Positions 35,701-49,810 of a stretch of 64,000 nt of DNA are shown here, piece after piece. Under the pieces are notes generated by a model. It searched no databases and was not told the DNA's origin. It saw only the letters and a program-made list of their open reading frames with translations. A program made the translations under genes and the position numbers. The DNA is from Hemiscyllium ocellatum (taxonomy: Eukaryota), in assembly GCF_020745735.1 (NCBI RefSeq), contig NC_083409.1, positions 10,281,534-10,345,533 of the forward strand, written 5' to 3'. The first letter of the stretch is position 1, and every line of letters begins with the position of its first letter.

Positions 35701-36594
35701 CAGAACCGCCGATCTACTCCCTTTACAACGTCCAAATCAACCATATCCACGGCCCACCCCCCCCCCCCTTATCAAATCCACTCACTACATCCTCAAACAA
35801 TTCCATTTGATTTCCCTTTCGACAATCCATGCTGACTCTGTCCAGTTCTGTCACTGTTTTCAAAGTTTTGTGCTATAAAATATCTTATAATGAATTTGGG
35901 CATTTTCTTCACTGCTGATTTCTGGCTAATTGGTCTAAAATTTCTTATTTCCGCACCCCCCGCTCAACCGCGCTCTCTCTCTCTTTCAATAATTGTGTTA
36001 AATTAACTCCCTCCACTCTGTAGGACCTATTCCACAGTCGACAAACAGATAACCATCAATGTTTCTCATATTTTCCAACCACTTCCTGAAGCACTCCTGA
36101 AAATAGATTATTTAGCCCTCCTGATTTAACACACTTTAATTTTCCCAGAACCATTTTCCTCCAATAACTGATTTCCTTCAGCTCCTTCCTCTGATAAAAC
36201 CCCAAGTTCACCAACATGTCTGAGATTTATTTGAGAATTCATTTGTGCAGAAAGATCCAGAATATGTTTATCTGTCTTCTCTTTGTTCCAACTATAACAT
36301 TATAACACTTGTGTGGAACTACCTTGAATGTCATCTGGACGTCCATATAAACAAAACATTCCCTTATTTCACACATTAGTGACCTCGTTAAAACATGTAA
36401 CCAGGTTAATTAAAGATGTCTGGCCCTTCTTAAATCCATACTGACTTACTCTGATCTGTTCATATTTGTCAGACATTCTGTCTCTAAAACCAGATTCAAT
36501 TACTTCCCAACAATAGACATTCAACAGAGATGTTCATTGTGAGTGAGGTTAGTAAACAGCTAGCATTGACATGACGGGCTGAACAGCCTCCTCC

Positions 36595-39500
36595 TAGAGT
36601 CACAGAGTCAAAGAGATGTACAGCATGAAAACAGACCCTTCGGTCCAACTTGTCTATGCCAACCAGACATCCCAAACCAATCTAGTCCCACCTACCAACT
36701 CCTGGCCCAGATCCCTCCAAACCCTTCCTGTTCATATACCCATGCAGATACCTTTTAAATGTTGCAATTGTACCAGCCTCCACCACTCCCTCTGGCAGCC
36801 CATTCTGCACTCGCACCACCCTGTGCGTGAAAAAGTTGCTCCTCAAGTCTCTTTTATATCTTTCCACTCTTACCCTAAACCTATGCCCTCTATTACTGGA
36901 CTCCACCACTCCAGGGAAAAGACTTGGTCTCTTTGCCCTATCCATGCCCCTCATGATTTTATAAACCTCTGTAAAGTCACTCCTCAGCCTCGGACACTCC
37001 AGGGAAAACATCCCCAGCCTATTTAACCTCTTCCTATAGCTTAAATCCTCCAACCCTGGTAACATCCTTGCAAATCTTTTCTGAACCCTGTCAAGTTTCA
37101 CAACATCTTTCTAATAGGAAGGAGACCAGAACTGAACGCAATACTCCAAATGTGGCCTAGGTGACCTCCCAATTCCTATTCTCAATACTTTGACCATTAA
37201 AGAAAAGCATACCGAATGTCTTCTTCATTATCTTATCTACCTACAACTCTACTTTCAGGGAACTATGAATCTGCACTTCAAGGTCTCTTTATTCAGCAAC
37301 ACACCCGAGGATCTTACCATTAAGTGTATAAGTACTGCTAAGATTTTCTTTCCCAAGTGCAGCACCTTGCATTTATCTAAATTAAACTCCATCTGCCATT
37401 CCTCAGCCCAATGGCCCATCGAATCAAGATCTGTTGTAATCTGAGGTAACCTTATTCACTGTCCACTACACCTCCAATTTTGGTGTCATTTGCAAACTTA
37501 CTAACTCTACCTCCTATGTTCATATCCAGATCATTTATGTAAATGACAAAAAGTAGTTGACCCGGGACCAATCCTTATGACACTCCACTGGTTACAGGCC
37601 TCCAGTCTAAAAAACATCCCTCCACCACCACCCTCTGTCTTCTACCTTTGAGCCAGTTCTGTATCCAAATGGCTAGTTTGCCTGAGATTCCATGAGATCT
37701 AACCTTGCTAACCTGTCTCCCATGGGGAACCTTGTCGAATGCCTTACTGAAGTCCATACAGAGCCTGTCTAACGCTCTGCCTTCATCAATTCTTTCTGTT
37801 ACTTCTTCAAAAAACTCAATCAAGTTTGTGAGACATGATTTCCCATGCACAAAACCATGCTGACTACCCCTAATCAGTCTTTGCCTTTCCAAATATAAGG
37901 ACAATCTGTCCCTTAGGATTCCTTCCAACAACTTCCTCACAATCGACGTCTGGCTCATTGGTCTACAGTTCCCTGGCTTGTCCTTACCACCTTTCTTAAA
38001 TAGTCGCACCAATTAGTGAACTTCCAGTCTTCTGGCACATCATTTGTGACTATTGAGGATACAAATATCACAGTAAGAGGCCCAGCAAACACTTCCCTAG
38101 CTTCTGACAGAGTCCTAGGTTACACCTAATTAGGTCCTGGGGATTTATCCACGTTTATGCATTTCAAGACATCGAGCACCTCCTCGTCTGTAATATGAAC
38201 ATTTTTCAAGATGTCACCATCTATCTCCCTAAATTCTATATCTTCAATATCCTTCTCCACAGTTCAACTGAAGCAAAATACTCATTTAGTATCTGCGCCA
38301 TCTCCTGCAGCTCCACATAAAGGTCGCCTTGCTGATCTTTGAGGGACCCTATTCTCTCCTTAGTTACCCTCTTGTCCTTAAGGTATTCGTAAAACCCCTC
38401 TGGATTCTCCTTAACCTTATTTGCCCAAGCTATCTCATGTTCCCTTGTTGCCCTCCTGATTTCCCTCTTAAGAATACTCCTGCTGCCTTTGTATACCTCT
38501 AAGGATTCACTCAATCTATCCTGTCCATACCTGACATATGCTTCATTCTTTTTCTTAACCAAACCCTCAACTTCTCTTGTCACCCAATATTACCTTCACC
38601 TACCAGCCTTTCCTTTCACCCTAATTAAAATATACGTTTTCTGGACTCAAGTTATCTCATTTCTGAAGGCTTCCCATTTTCAAGCTGTCCCTTTACCTGA
38701 GAGCAACTTCCCCCAATCAGCTTTTCAGAGTTTTAGATTAGATTACTTAGTGTGGAAACAGCCCCTTCAGTCCAACAAGTCCATACGGACCCTCCGAAGA
38801 GCAACCTACCCAGACCCATTCCCCTACGTTTACCCCTTAGCCTCACACTATGGGCAATTTAGCATGGCCAATTCACCTAACCTGCACATTTTTGGACTGT
38901 GGGAGGAAACCGGAGCACCCGGAGGAAACCCACGCCGACATGGGGAGTATGTGCAAACTCCACACAGACAGTTGCCTGAGGTGGGAATTGAACTGTGAGG
39001 CAGCAGTGCTAACCATTGTGCCACTGTGCCTGATACTGGCAAAATTAGCCTTCCTACAAATTTTGAAGTTCAACTTCTGAATCTGGTCTATCCTTTTCCA
39101 TCACTATTTTAAAATGAATAGAATTATGGTCTCTGACCAAAAGTGCTCCTCCACTGACACCTCAGTCACCTGCCCTGCATTATTTCCCAAGAGTAGGTCA
39201 AGCTTTGCAGCTTCTCTAGTAGATACATCCACATACTGAATCAGAAAATTGTCTTGTACACACTTAACAAATTCCTTTCCATCTAAACTCTTAACACTAT
39301 GGCAGTCCCAGTCTATGTTTGGAAAGTTATAATCCCCTACTATAACCAACCCATTATTCTTACTGATAGCTGAAATCTGCTGACAAATTTGTTTCTCAAT
39401 TTCCCGCTGACTACTGGAGGGGGGCTATAATATCATCCCAACAAGGTGATTATCCCCTTCCTTTTTCTCAGTTCCACCCAAATAACTTCCCTGGGTGTAT

Positions 39501-40570
39501 TTCCGGGAATATCCTCCCTAACTACAGCTGTAATGCTTATCAAAAATGCCACACCCCCTCCTCTCTTGTGCCTCCCTTTCTGTCCTTCCTGTTGTATTTG
39601 TATCCTAGAACATTAAACGGCCAGTCCTGCCCATCCCTGAGCCATGTTTTGATAATTGCTATGATATCCCAGTCTCATGTTCCTAACCACGGCCTGAGTT
39701 CATCTTCCTTCCCTGTTAGGACTCTTGCATTGAAATAAATGCATTTTAATTTATCAGTCCTACCTTGTTCTCTGCTTTGTCCCTGCCTGCCCTGACTGTT
39801 TGACCTGCCTTTGTTCTCAACTGTACCAATCTCAGATTGAAATCTTTCCTCACTATCTCCCCCAGGGTCCCACCCGCCCACCTTACGAGTTGAAATCCTC
39901 CCGAGCAGCTCTCGCAAATTTTCCTGCCAGTATATTAGTCCCCTTCCAATTCAGGTGCAATCTGTCCTTCTTGTACAGGTCACTTCTACCTCAAAACAGC
40001 TTCCAAAGATCCAAAAATGTGAATCCTTCTCCCATACACCAGCACCTCAGCCATGCATTCATCTGCTCTATCCTCCTATTCCTGCCCTCACTAGCTCATA
40101 GCACCAGGAGTAATTTAGTTATTACTACCCTTGAGGACCTCCTTTTTAAATTCCTGCCTAACTCTCTGCAATCTCCCTTCAGAATCTCAACCTTTTCCCT
40201 TCCTATGTCGTTGGTTCCAAAGTGTACAATGACCTCCTGCTGGTCCCTCTCCACCTTAAGAACGTTCTGCACCCTCCCTGAGACATCCTTGATCCTGGCA
40301 CCAGGGAAGCAACACACCATTCTGATTTTTCGCTGCTGGCCACAGAAACGTCTGTCTGTACCTCAGGCTAGAGAGTTCCCTAACACAGTCGATCGTTTGG
40401 AATCTGACGTACCTCCCATTACATTAGAGCCAGTGTCAATACCAGAAACTTGTCTGCTCATGCTAAGTACCCCTGTATTTTCCAAAACAGCATACTTGTT
40501 TGAAATGGGAATAGCCACAGAAGACTCCTGCACTACTTGCCTACCTCTCTTGCCTTTCCTGGAGTTATGG
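36595..40570 (-). mobile_element. Long decayed CR1-type LINE with nested SINE
   Basis: MVCCFPGARIKDV (ORF1); LKCIYFNAR, GDYNFPNIDW (endonuclease); QHGFVHGKSCLTNLIEFFEEV..MDFSKAFDKVPH (RT); 3' tail. Confidence 0.9.
38735..39030 (-). mobile_element. HE1/V-SINE-like SINE inserted in CR1
   Basis: Head ggcacagtggcacaatggttagcactgctgcctcacag; tail aatctaatcta. Confidence 0.85.
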
Positions 40571-40799
40571 TAAGAGCCCATGGGATCCAAGGCATTTTGG
40601 CAAATTGGATCCAAATATGAGGCAAAGAGTGATGGTGGAGGGTTGTCTTTGTGATTGGAAGCCTGCGACCAGTGGTGTAAGACAGGGATTCAGGCTGGGA
40701 CCCTTGCTGTTTGTAATCTACATTAACAAATTGACTGTGATTGTATAATTCAAAAGTTTTCAGAGGCCACATAAATTGGTGGTGTTATTGATATTGATT

Positions 40800-41570
40800 T
40801 GATTTTTATTTTAGTTTATTGTCACGTGTACTCGAGTACAAAAGTATTGGAGTACAGTGAAAAGTATGTAACGTCACCTCACAAGGTGCCATCTTAGGTA
40901 CAAGGACCACAGTACAGAATCGTAAGAACAAGGTAGAAAGAAAGAATAAAATTCAAAATTACGTCCTGCAGATCTTTTTAGTTTTAAGTAGAAATGAAGA
41001 AATAAAGCTGAAAGTTCAAGCATTACAGCATTTCTTAAGAATGTAGCTATCATGGGATCATACTTTAAGTCATCATCTCGAGACCGGAAGTCCACGCTGA
41101 GGCCTTCCCGGTTGGAGAGACCACCATATACAGAAAGGACCACTATGTGGGCTGAGAGACAACCACTCTGGGCCACTCAGAGATCGCCACACTAGGCCGA
41201 GTGACCATCACGCTGGGCTGACAGTCTAGCATGCTGGGCTGACAGGCCACCACATCGAAATGAGAGGCCATCATGTTGGACCAAGAGTCTGCCTCGTCGG
41301 GCTGGAAGGTCTCCCTGCCAGCCCAGGACACTGCCACACCAAGCCAAGAGGCCACATCATTAGGTCTGTACTGGGTCAGAGGCCTGGCCTGGCCTGGGTC
41401 AGACTCCTGAGACTGAAAGTCCATGCCCGGGAGAAGAAATAAGGGAGAAGAACAAAAGAAAAACACAAAAGAAATGGAAAAGAGAAGTGGAATAGAAAGA
41501 AGAAAAGGAAACAGATGGAGCAGATGAACTCGGTCTGAAGCATCCTACTCTGCTGCCATCTTGGATGACT
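40800..41570 (-). mobile_element. Unclassified interspersed element inserted in a CR1 fragment
   Basis: Splits CR1 sequence; one end has the YY1-like CAAGATGGC, the other a (AAATC/AAAAT)-like tail. Confidence 0.4.
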
Positions 41571-44060
41571 GGGTCTCAGGCTACAGTCTGATATTGGTCA
41601 GCTGGTAAATTGGGCAGAGCAATGGTGGATGGAATTTAATCCTGATACCTCTGAGGTGATCCAACTTGGGAGGTCTAATAAGGGAAGGATATACACAATG
41701 AAAGGCATGTGCTTTGAGTGTCCTTATGCATGAATCACAGAGGGTTGGTCTGCAGGTACAACAAGCAATTAGGAAGGCAAATGGAATTTTGTCCTTCATT
41801 GCTGAAGGGATTGAGTTTAAAAAGCGGGAAGGTTATGTTGCAGCTGGTGAGGCCACACCTGGAGTACTGCATGCAGTAATGGTCTCCTTACTTGAAAAAG
41901 GCAATACTGGCACTGGAGGGGTGCAGAGAAAGTTCACCAGGCTGATTCTGGGGTGGAGGGGGTTGGCTTATGAAGGGAGACTGCGTAGACTGGGATATAC
42001 TCATTGGAACTTAGAAGAATGAGGGGAACTTTATAGAAATAAATAAAATTATAAAGAGAATAGATAAGACAGAAGTAGACAGGGTGTTCTCATTGGCAGA
42101 TAAAACTAAAACAAGAGGGTTTAGCCTCAAAATTAGGGGGAGCAGATTTAGGACTGAATTGAGAAGGAACGTCTTCATCCAGAGGGTCATAAATCTATGA
42201 AATTACTTGCTCAATGAAGAAATTGATGCTATTTCAGTTAATGCTTTAAAGCTAAGACAGATTTTTTTTAACAATCAAGGAATTAAGAGATACAGTGAGA
42301 GTAAATGCCAGGACTTGCACTTTAGAAAAAATAATACAGACATGGACAATTTTCTAAACGATGAGAAAATTCCTAAAGCCAAAGTACAAAGGGATCTGGG
42401 AATGCTAGTCCCGGATTCTCTAAAGGTTAACTTGCAGGTTGAATCCGTGGTTAAGAATGCAAATGTAATGTTGTCATTTATCTCAAGAGCTGAAAAATGT
42501 GTTGTTGAAAATGCGCAGCAAGAATGAAGAAGGGCTTATGCCCGAAACATCAATTCTCCTGCTCCTTGGATGCTGCCTGACCTGCTGCGCTTTTCCAGCA
42601 ACACATTGTTCAGCTCTGATCTCCAGCATCTGCAGCCCTAACTTTCTCCTAATTTATCTCAAGAGGGTTGGAATGTAAAATGAGATGTGCTGCTGAGACT
42701 TTATAAAGCTCTGGTTAGGCCCCATTCAGTCCAGTTTTGGGCCCCACACCTCAGGAAGGACATATTGACACTGGACCGTGTCCAGTGGAGATTCACATGG
42801 ATGATCCCTGGAATGGTAAGCCTAATATATGATGAACGGCTGAGGATCCTGGGATTGGATTCATTCGACTTTAGAAGGGGAGATCTAATAGAAACTTACA
42901 AGATAATGCATGGCTCAGAAAGGGTAGATGCTGGGAAATTGTTTCCATTAGGTGGGGGTACTAGGACCCGTGGGCAAAGCCTTAGAGTTAGAGGGGGTCA
43001 GTTTAAAACAGAATTGAGGAGACATTTCTTTAGCTAGAGAGTGATGGGCCTTTGGAATTCATTGCCACAGAGCGCAGTGGCAGCTGAAATATTAAATGTC
43101 TTCAAGGCAGAGATTGATAAATTCTTAATCTTGCAATGAGTCAAGGGCTACAGGGAGAGTGTGGGTAACTGTCCTTCAACGCCCAACACCCATGATTGAA
43201 TGGCGGAGTGGACTCGAGTAACCAAATGGCCTTACTTCCACTCCTTTGTCTTATGGTCTTATGTGGAGCTGAGTCCATGAAAAGATCAGCTATGATCTTA
43301 TTGAATGGCAGAGCAGGGTTGAAGGGCCAGATGGCATACTCCTGCTCCTAGTTCTTATGTTCTTATGTTCCTTGGGAGTACTGAGGAACAAAGGGAGCTT
43401 GGTGTACAAGTCCATCAATCCTGGAAGGTATCAGCACAGCTAGACAGGGTGGTGAAGAAGGCATATGGGATGCTTGGCATTATTAGCCAGGGTGTAGAAT
43501 ATAGGAAGTAGAAAGTCTTGTTGTTACCTGTCAGAGCACTGGTTAGGTCATGTCTGGAATATTGTGCACAGTTCTGGTCGTGACACTGTTGGAAGAACGT
43601 GATTGAACTGGAGAGGATGCAGAGGAGATGTTCCCGGGGATGGAAAGTGTTAGTTCTGAGGAGAGACTGGATAGACTGGGTTTGTTTTCTCTGGGGGAAT
43701 CTGATTGAGATATACAAAAATATGAAAGGCATAGACAAAGTCAATTGTGAGAATCTTTTCCCCATGTCAGACATGTCTATGACCAGAGGGAATAAGCTTA
43801 CCATGTGAAAAAGTGGTTTAGAGGGGTTTTGAGAACTTGTTTTCCCCAGAGGGTGGTAGAAATATGGAATGTGCGGTTTGAGAAGGTGGCGGAGGCAGGT
43901 CCTCTCACAACATTTAAGAAACATCCCGATGAACACATAAAATGCCAGGGCATGGAAGGCTATGGACCAACTGCAGGTAAATGGAGTTTGGTGATTACTG
44001 ATTGGCATCGACATGTCGACAAACAGAAAGGCCTGTTTGTTTGCTATATGACTCTATGAC
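41570..44060 (+). mobile_element. Three tandem CR1 3' fragments
   Basis: Repeated LLRLYKALVRPH...QFWAPHLRKD and TRGH motifs. Confidence 0.8.
42490..42651 (+). mobile_element. Hammerhead-tail element with short inverted 5' segment and 14 bp target duplication
   Basis: TGAAGAaGGGCttatGCCCGAAACATCAATTC plus tail; atttatctcaagag at 42476-42489 and 42652-42665. Confidence 0.8.
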
Positions 44061-44064
44061 AATG

Positions 44065-47050
44065 AAGAGAAGGATGTGGAAGCATTTTTCATGTTGTTTC
44101 AGAAGATAGCAACACAAGTGAGGTGGGAAAAACAGGTTGGACCTTGCCCATGCAAAAATGAACTTGGGAAGCACAAGAGGTTTCTACATCCCTGTCAGAG
44201 GAATGTTCTCGGGATCACGAGGTGGTGAAAATGGCTATTCTAAGCACATATGAGTTGGCTCCAGAAACATAAAGACAGATGTTTCAGAACTTACACAAAC
44301 AGCCTGGACAAACCTCTACTGAGTTTAAGAGAGTTCAACAAAATAATGTTGACAGGTGGATAAGAACATTAACAGCTGAGAATACTTACAATGCTCTCAG
44401 AGAAGTTATCCTTTGAGAAGAATTTACAACTTCATTCCCTTCTAAAATCAGAATTCATGTAGAAGACCAAAGGGAACGACAGTAAGACAAGCAGCTAGAA
44501 TGGCTAATGATGATAGACTTTGTTAAAACCAAAACCCTGCAGATGCTGGAATCCAAAGTAGACAAACAGGAGGCTGGAAGAGCACAACAAGCCAAGCAGC
44601 ATCAGGAGGTGGAGAAGTCACCTGATGGGAGACCGATCCAGAAACCTTATTCCCATCAGGCCCAGAAATGGGAGAAAAATAAAAATTGGGAGAGTCTAAG
44701 GAAGGTAGATAGCCAGGGGAGAGAATGGACAGGAGGGAACAGCCCGAGAACTCCTCCTCAGATTAAGAAGGAAATTGCTGAGGGTGGAAGTGATGATCAG
44801 AAGCTGAAATGTTTCTCTTGGAATAAGGTGGGCCATGTATGTTTGGAATGTTGGAAGTTGAGGTAAACCCATGGGATTTATGGGAGTTAGTAAAATGAGT
44901 CAGAGAAGGGAACACAGACAGATAATCCCACGGAGCAGGTTGTAGCTGTCACTATAACAAAAAGGCCGGAGCTGAATTTTGTCATTAGTAAAGGAGGTTG
45001 TCAGGTAGATGAGAGGTGGATAGGACTTTTATCAAAAGGAATGGTGACTCCTTTTACTTCAGCTAAACCCAGAACCAAACTGAGAGATACAGGAGCAACA
45101 CAGTCACTTTTACTGGAGAAAGAACTAATTACCCTCCAGAGCTAAGGTATTAATCAATGGGATTGATGGAGAATATATTCCACTTCCATTGTATACAGTA
45201 CAACTGGAATGTGATTTGTTATCAGGAGAAGTAATTGTCGGAATGGGAAAACATTCCCTGATGAGGGAGTCGATTTCCTTCTGGAGAATGGTTTGTCCGG
45301 ACTAAAGGCAGTATCTTCCCCGATAATTACAGAATGTCCAAAGGAAGGCCAAGAAACAGAACAATGACAGGAACAGGTTCCTGGTCTCTCTCCTTCGTGT
45401 GAGGTAACCAGGGCAATGGTTAAACAAAATCCTTCAATAAGGGTTGGTGTGACATCACAGCAAGTGAAAGGGTCGCTGAAACTTTCCGAAAGGGTGAAGA
45501 TAATCCAGGTGGAGTGTTTGGTATGATGTCCCTAATTACAACAGATCCAAAAAGCAGATCCTGACTGAGATAAATGAGCACAGTCAACTCATACTGAGGT
45601 CAAGGCTGAAGGAGTTTCAGAGTGTTATTGTGTTCAGAATGGAGCGCTGATGAGGACGTGGAGACCCCCTCATAGACCCCCAGGTGAAGAATGGTCAGTT
45701 AGACATTGGCTAGTGGTCCCACCCAGCTATCATAGGGAGATAGTACAAGGAGCACATGCGACTCCCATGGCAGGTCACATGGTGATTTGGAAAACACAGG
45801 CATCCAGAAACAAATATTTTACTGAGCCACAATTGGATAAAGATGTGGTGCAGTTTTACAAAACGTGTCTTACTTGTCAAGTTATAGGTAAACCTCAATG
45901 CAAAACCAGCATCCTTAATTCCTCTCCCAGTTTTTGAGGAACCATCCCGTCATGTACAAGTTTGTCAAGTAGTGAGTATAATAGAGGAGGGGATCAGAAA
46001 AAGCTTGAGATCAAAAAAGACCTGGACACTTCCCAAAGGAAACTTCCTGTTATTAGATGAACAAATTCAGAGATATTTGAGACTTCAGACACTGTATTTT
46101 TGTATCTGGAGAAAGATCAACAGGTAGATTTAGTGAGGCTGCTCAGACAATACAAAGATGTTTGTATGAGGTTTCGTTGAGGACTTTGGTTCTGTGCTTG
46201 ATGGAGCTTAGAAAGATGAGAGGGAATGTCATTGAAACTTAGAGAATACAGGGTGGCCTGGATAGAGTGGACATGGAGGGGATGTTTCTAATAATAGGAG
46301 AGTTGGAGACCCGAGGGCACAGCCTCAGAGTGAAGAGACGATCTTTCGAACTGAGCTGAGAAGCAATTTCTTCAGCCAGAGTGTCATTAATCTGTGGAAC
46401 TGCAGAGGGCCTTGGAGGCCAAGTCATTGAGTGTATTGAAGAAAGAGACAGATTGGCTCATGATTGGTCAAGGGATCAAGATTTACAGGGAAAAGGGAAG
46501 AGGGCTGAGGAACATTATCAACTGTAAATGACCAGACATGATGGGCCAAATGGCCCAATTCTGCTCCTTTATCTTGTGGACTTGTATTGATACACTTAGA
46601 TCTACCACGTGATTCAAATATAATATGAATTTGGTAATTCAGACAAAATAAAACAAAAACCAACCGAAACCGACGATGGAACAGAGGGCTTCCATGTTGG
46701 AGAATCAACTGATTGAACCACATCAGAGTAAGTGGATTTCTCCTGTAGTATTGGCTCCTGAACCAAACTGTTCAATTTAATTCTGTATAGACTTGAGGAA
46801 TGTGAGTCGCGTCACAAAACCAGATTCATTCCCTATTCCCACCTGAGAAGGTTGCATGGAGAGGGTTTGTAGAAAATCATTCTTGTATAAAATTGATTTG
46901 TTCAAAGGATGTTGACAAGAACTCACTGATAACTAGAACTAAGTGAGTTTCTGTATTTATCACACCTAATGGATTATACCCAATGGCAAGTTTTGCTATG
47001 TGGACTTAACAACTCTCCAGTCACATTTGAATGATTATTATGAAAGTGAA
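44065..47050 (+). mobile_element. Decayed Ty3/Gypsy LTR-retrotransposon internal region, Gmr1-like order gag-PR-INT-RT
   Basis: gag with eroded zinc knuckle CFSWNKVGHVCLEC (~44810); LRDTGATQSLL (~45080); integrase HHCC AHATPMAGH...CLTCQ (45730-45880); RT LIEPHQSKWISPVVL...FCIDLR.V..VTKPDSFPIP (46700-46950); CR1 insert at 46170-46590. Confidence 0.85.
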
Positions 47051-47439
47051 CAAGGTCACACTCCCCCACATTACACTCCAACTGCCCAATATTTCTTCAA
47101 AGCCCAGCTGTATCTAACATTCAGCAGGATGGACCTTCACTGAGAAATAGCCATTTGTAACTAGAATAATGATATCTCTGAGAATCACATTAATAATTAT
47201 TTCTATTGAAGCTTTCATCAGTTCTATGTTAATTGACACAATGCTCTGGTTTGGGCTTTGCTGTCTGTACAAACCATCTGTCATGTCTTTGCTGCAATGG
47301 TTCACATTTCCATCATCAAACTCCCACTCCAAATATCCCGTCATTATTCTCCATGGGATTCACTGGCATTGGCTCAGATCGAACTCCCAGCAGCTGAAAT
47401 GGAGGGAGGGATACGGCTTAGAGAGCAAGAGATGGAGCA

Positions 47440-47620
47440 CAGGGAGAGAGAGAGAGAGATAGATAGATAGATAGATATAGAGAGAGAGATAGAGCACTAA
47501 AAGAGAGGGAGCTAGACCTTGGACAGAGAAAGAGGGATGGAACTCAGAGTGAGATCTATGCAGCTGAGTTAGAGAGGGGTGTGGAGAGAGAGTGAGAGAG
47601 AGAGAGAGATGGAGTCAAGG
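47440..47620. repeat. GA/GATA-rich microsatellite region
   Basis: (GA)n and (GATA)n runs. Confidence 0.8.
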
Positions 47621-47689
47621 AGTTGTATGTCACAGATAAATTATACTCTGTTAAAGATTGCACTGGATGAATGTTGACTCTCTGACTCT

Positions 47690-49810
47690 ATGAACACTAC
47701 CTACAAAGCTGCCTAACTTTGTGTCGTTAGCAAACTAGAGTATCTGACTTTCTATGTCATTATCCAGTGCATTAATAAATAATATAAATAATTGAGGAAT
47801 GCGCACACATTCCTATTGGACACCACTGGTCACATCCTGCCAATTTCAGCACTTATCCATGATCCCTATTTTCTGTCACCTGTCACTCAACCAATTTCGG
47901 TATGGCAGTATTTTAGCCTCAATTCTGTGGATTTCTAACTGAGTTGAACAGTTTCTTACATGGGATTTTATCAAATGCCTTCTGGAAGTCCCTATAAACA
48001 TCATCCATTGACATTACTGTGTCCAGTAATTTTGTTTCCTCTTCAAAAATGTTCAATGAGATTTTTCACATGACCAACTTGTCATGAATCCATGCTGATT
48101 CTCCCTGATTAACTGACCATTTTCAAGGTCTTCAGTTACCCCCATCCTTGATTATAGACTACAACAATTTACACACCACAAACGTTGGCTTAGTGACCTG
48201 TAATTCCCTGGCTTTTCTCTAACATCCTTGTTAAATGTGAAATGAAATTTGCAATTTTCCAGTTCAGAGGTATGACTCCTGAATCCAGGTAACTCTGAAA
48301 GATTATAGTCAGGGTGTCTGCAATGTGGTCTTTTACTACTGTATCACCCTCAGGTCCTGAGGATTTGTCACTCTTTAGTTCCATTATTTTCCTGATTACA
48401 CATGTTATATTGACATTAACTTTATTTAGGTGACACAGTGGTTAGCACTGCTGCCTCACAGCACAGAGTCCCAGGTTCAATTCCAGCCTTGGGCAACTGC
48501 CTGTGTGGAGTTTGCACATTGTCTGCATGGGTTTCCTCCTACTATCCAAAGATGTGCAGCTCAGGTGAATTGGCCATACTAAATTTCCATAGTGTTAGGT
48601 GCATTAGTCAGAGGGAAAATGGGTCTGGGTGGGTTACTCTTCGGAGGGGTCAGTGTGGACTGGTTGGGCCAAAAGGCATGTTTGCACACTGCAGGGAATC
48701 TAATCAGTCCCTGACACAGATCCTCTGTTAATTTCTTTTGGACTTCGGGCAAGTCCTCTTCCTTTTCTACTGCAAATCTTGAGGCAAAGTATTTATTTAA
48801 CATGACTGTCATGTCCCCATTGTCACTTTCAGTCTTTAACGGCCAATATTGCTCCTGACCTCCCAGCTTCCCTTTTATGGAACTGTAACATTTCTCCTGA
48901 TTGATTTTGTTATCCCTTACATCTTTCCTTTCAGAATCACTTTTGGTAGCTCTTCGAAGTTGACATGTGGCCCTTTTGTATCCATCCCATTCAGCGGAAT
49001 CTGACCTTATTTTTTGCTTTTCTGTAAGCCTTTTTTTAACATTTTATTCTTTCCCTTATCTCTTTAATTGACCATTGTTGTTTGTTCGCTTTTCCCTCTC
49101 AGGTATAAACTGGCTTTGTTTTGTGTTGAATGTTCCTTTAAATATTCCCCACTGTTCTTCAATTGTTTTACCCAAAAGCAGATTTTCCCAGTTTACTGTG
49201 GACAGTCTCTGTCTCATCTCGTTAAAGTGGGCCTTACCTTAATCTCAAACTCTAGCAGCTGATTCATGCTTTTTACTTTCAAATGCGACACTGAACTAGA
49301 TCATGTTATGATCACTATTTGATAAATGTTCATGCACAAATAGTTACAAACTAAATCTATCTCATTATTCATGACTAATTCCAATATTGCTTGTCCCCTT
49401 TTTGTATCCAGGACCTATTGCTGTTGGAAACTATTCTGGACACACAGCAGCAATTCACTACCTTTCTGACAGAGGGCTCGTCTGTCTCCCAATCTAAGTT
49501 AAACTTAAACTTCCCCATTAATAATACACTGGCTTTGCTACACACTTGTCTAATTTCTGTATATATATAATCCAGCACCTCAGAGCTGCTGTCAGGGGGG
49601 TCTGTATCCAACATCTATTACAGTTTTCGATCCTTTCCTGCTCCTCAGTCCCACTGAATGTTTTCTCCTCATTATGACCTCCCTCACCATTGAAGCCATT
49701 TTTTCCCTCATCAATGAAGCTGCTCCACCTCTTCTGCCATTTCCCCATATCCACCCTGTGAACCTTCTAACCCGATAGATATCGTTCCCAATCTGAATGA
49801 TTCTGCAACT
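47690..49810 (-). mobile_element. Old CR1-type LINE fragments
   Basis: LKSDKSSGPEG, IPLNWKIAN, GYRPP, LNKYFAS motifs. Confidence 0.7.
48430..48715 (+). mobile_element. HE1/V-SINE-like SINE
   Basis: gtggttagcactgctgcctcacagc...ggttcaattcc plus core and aatctaatc tail. Confidence 0.85.

Noticed and set aside
39800-40573. Long ORFs of 257 aa here and 218 aa at 53224-53880, 299 aa at 17228-18127, 199 aa at 43415-44014
   Set aside because: They lie antisense to, or across, LINE fragments and resemble no protein family I recognise.
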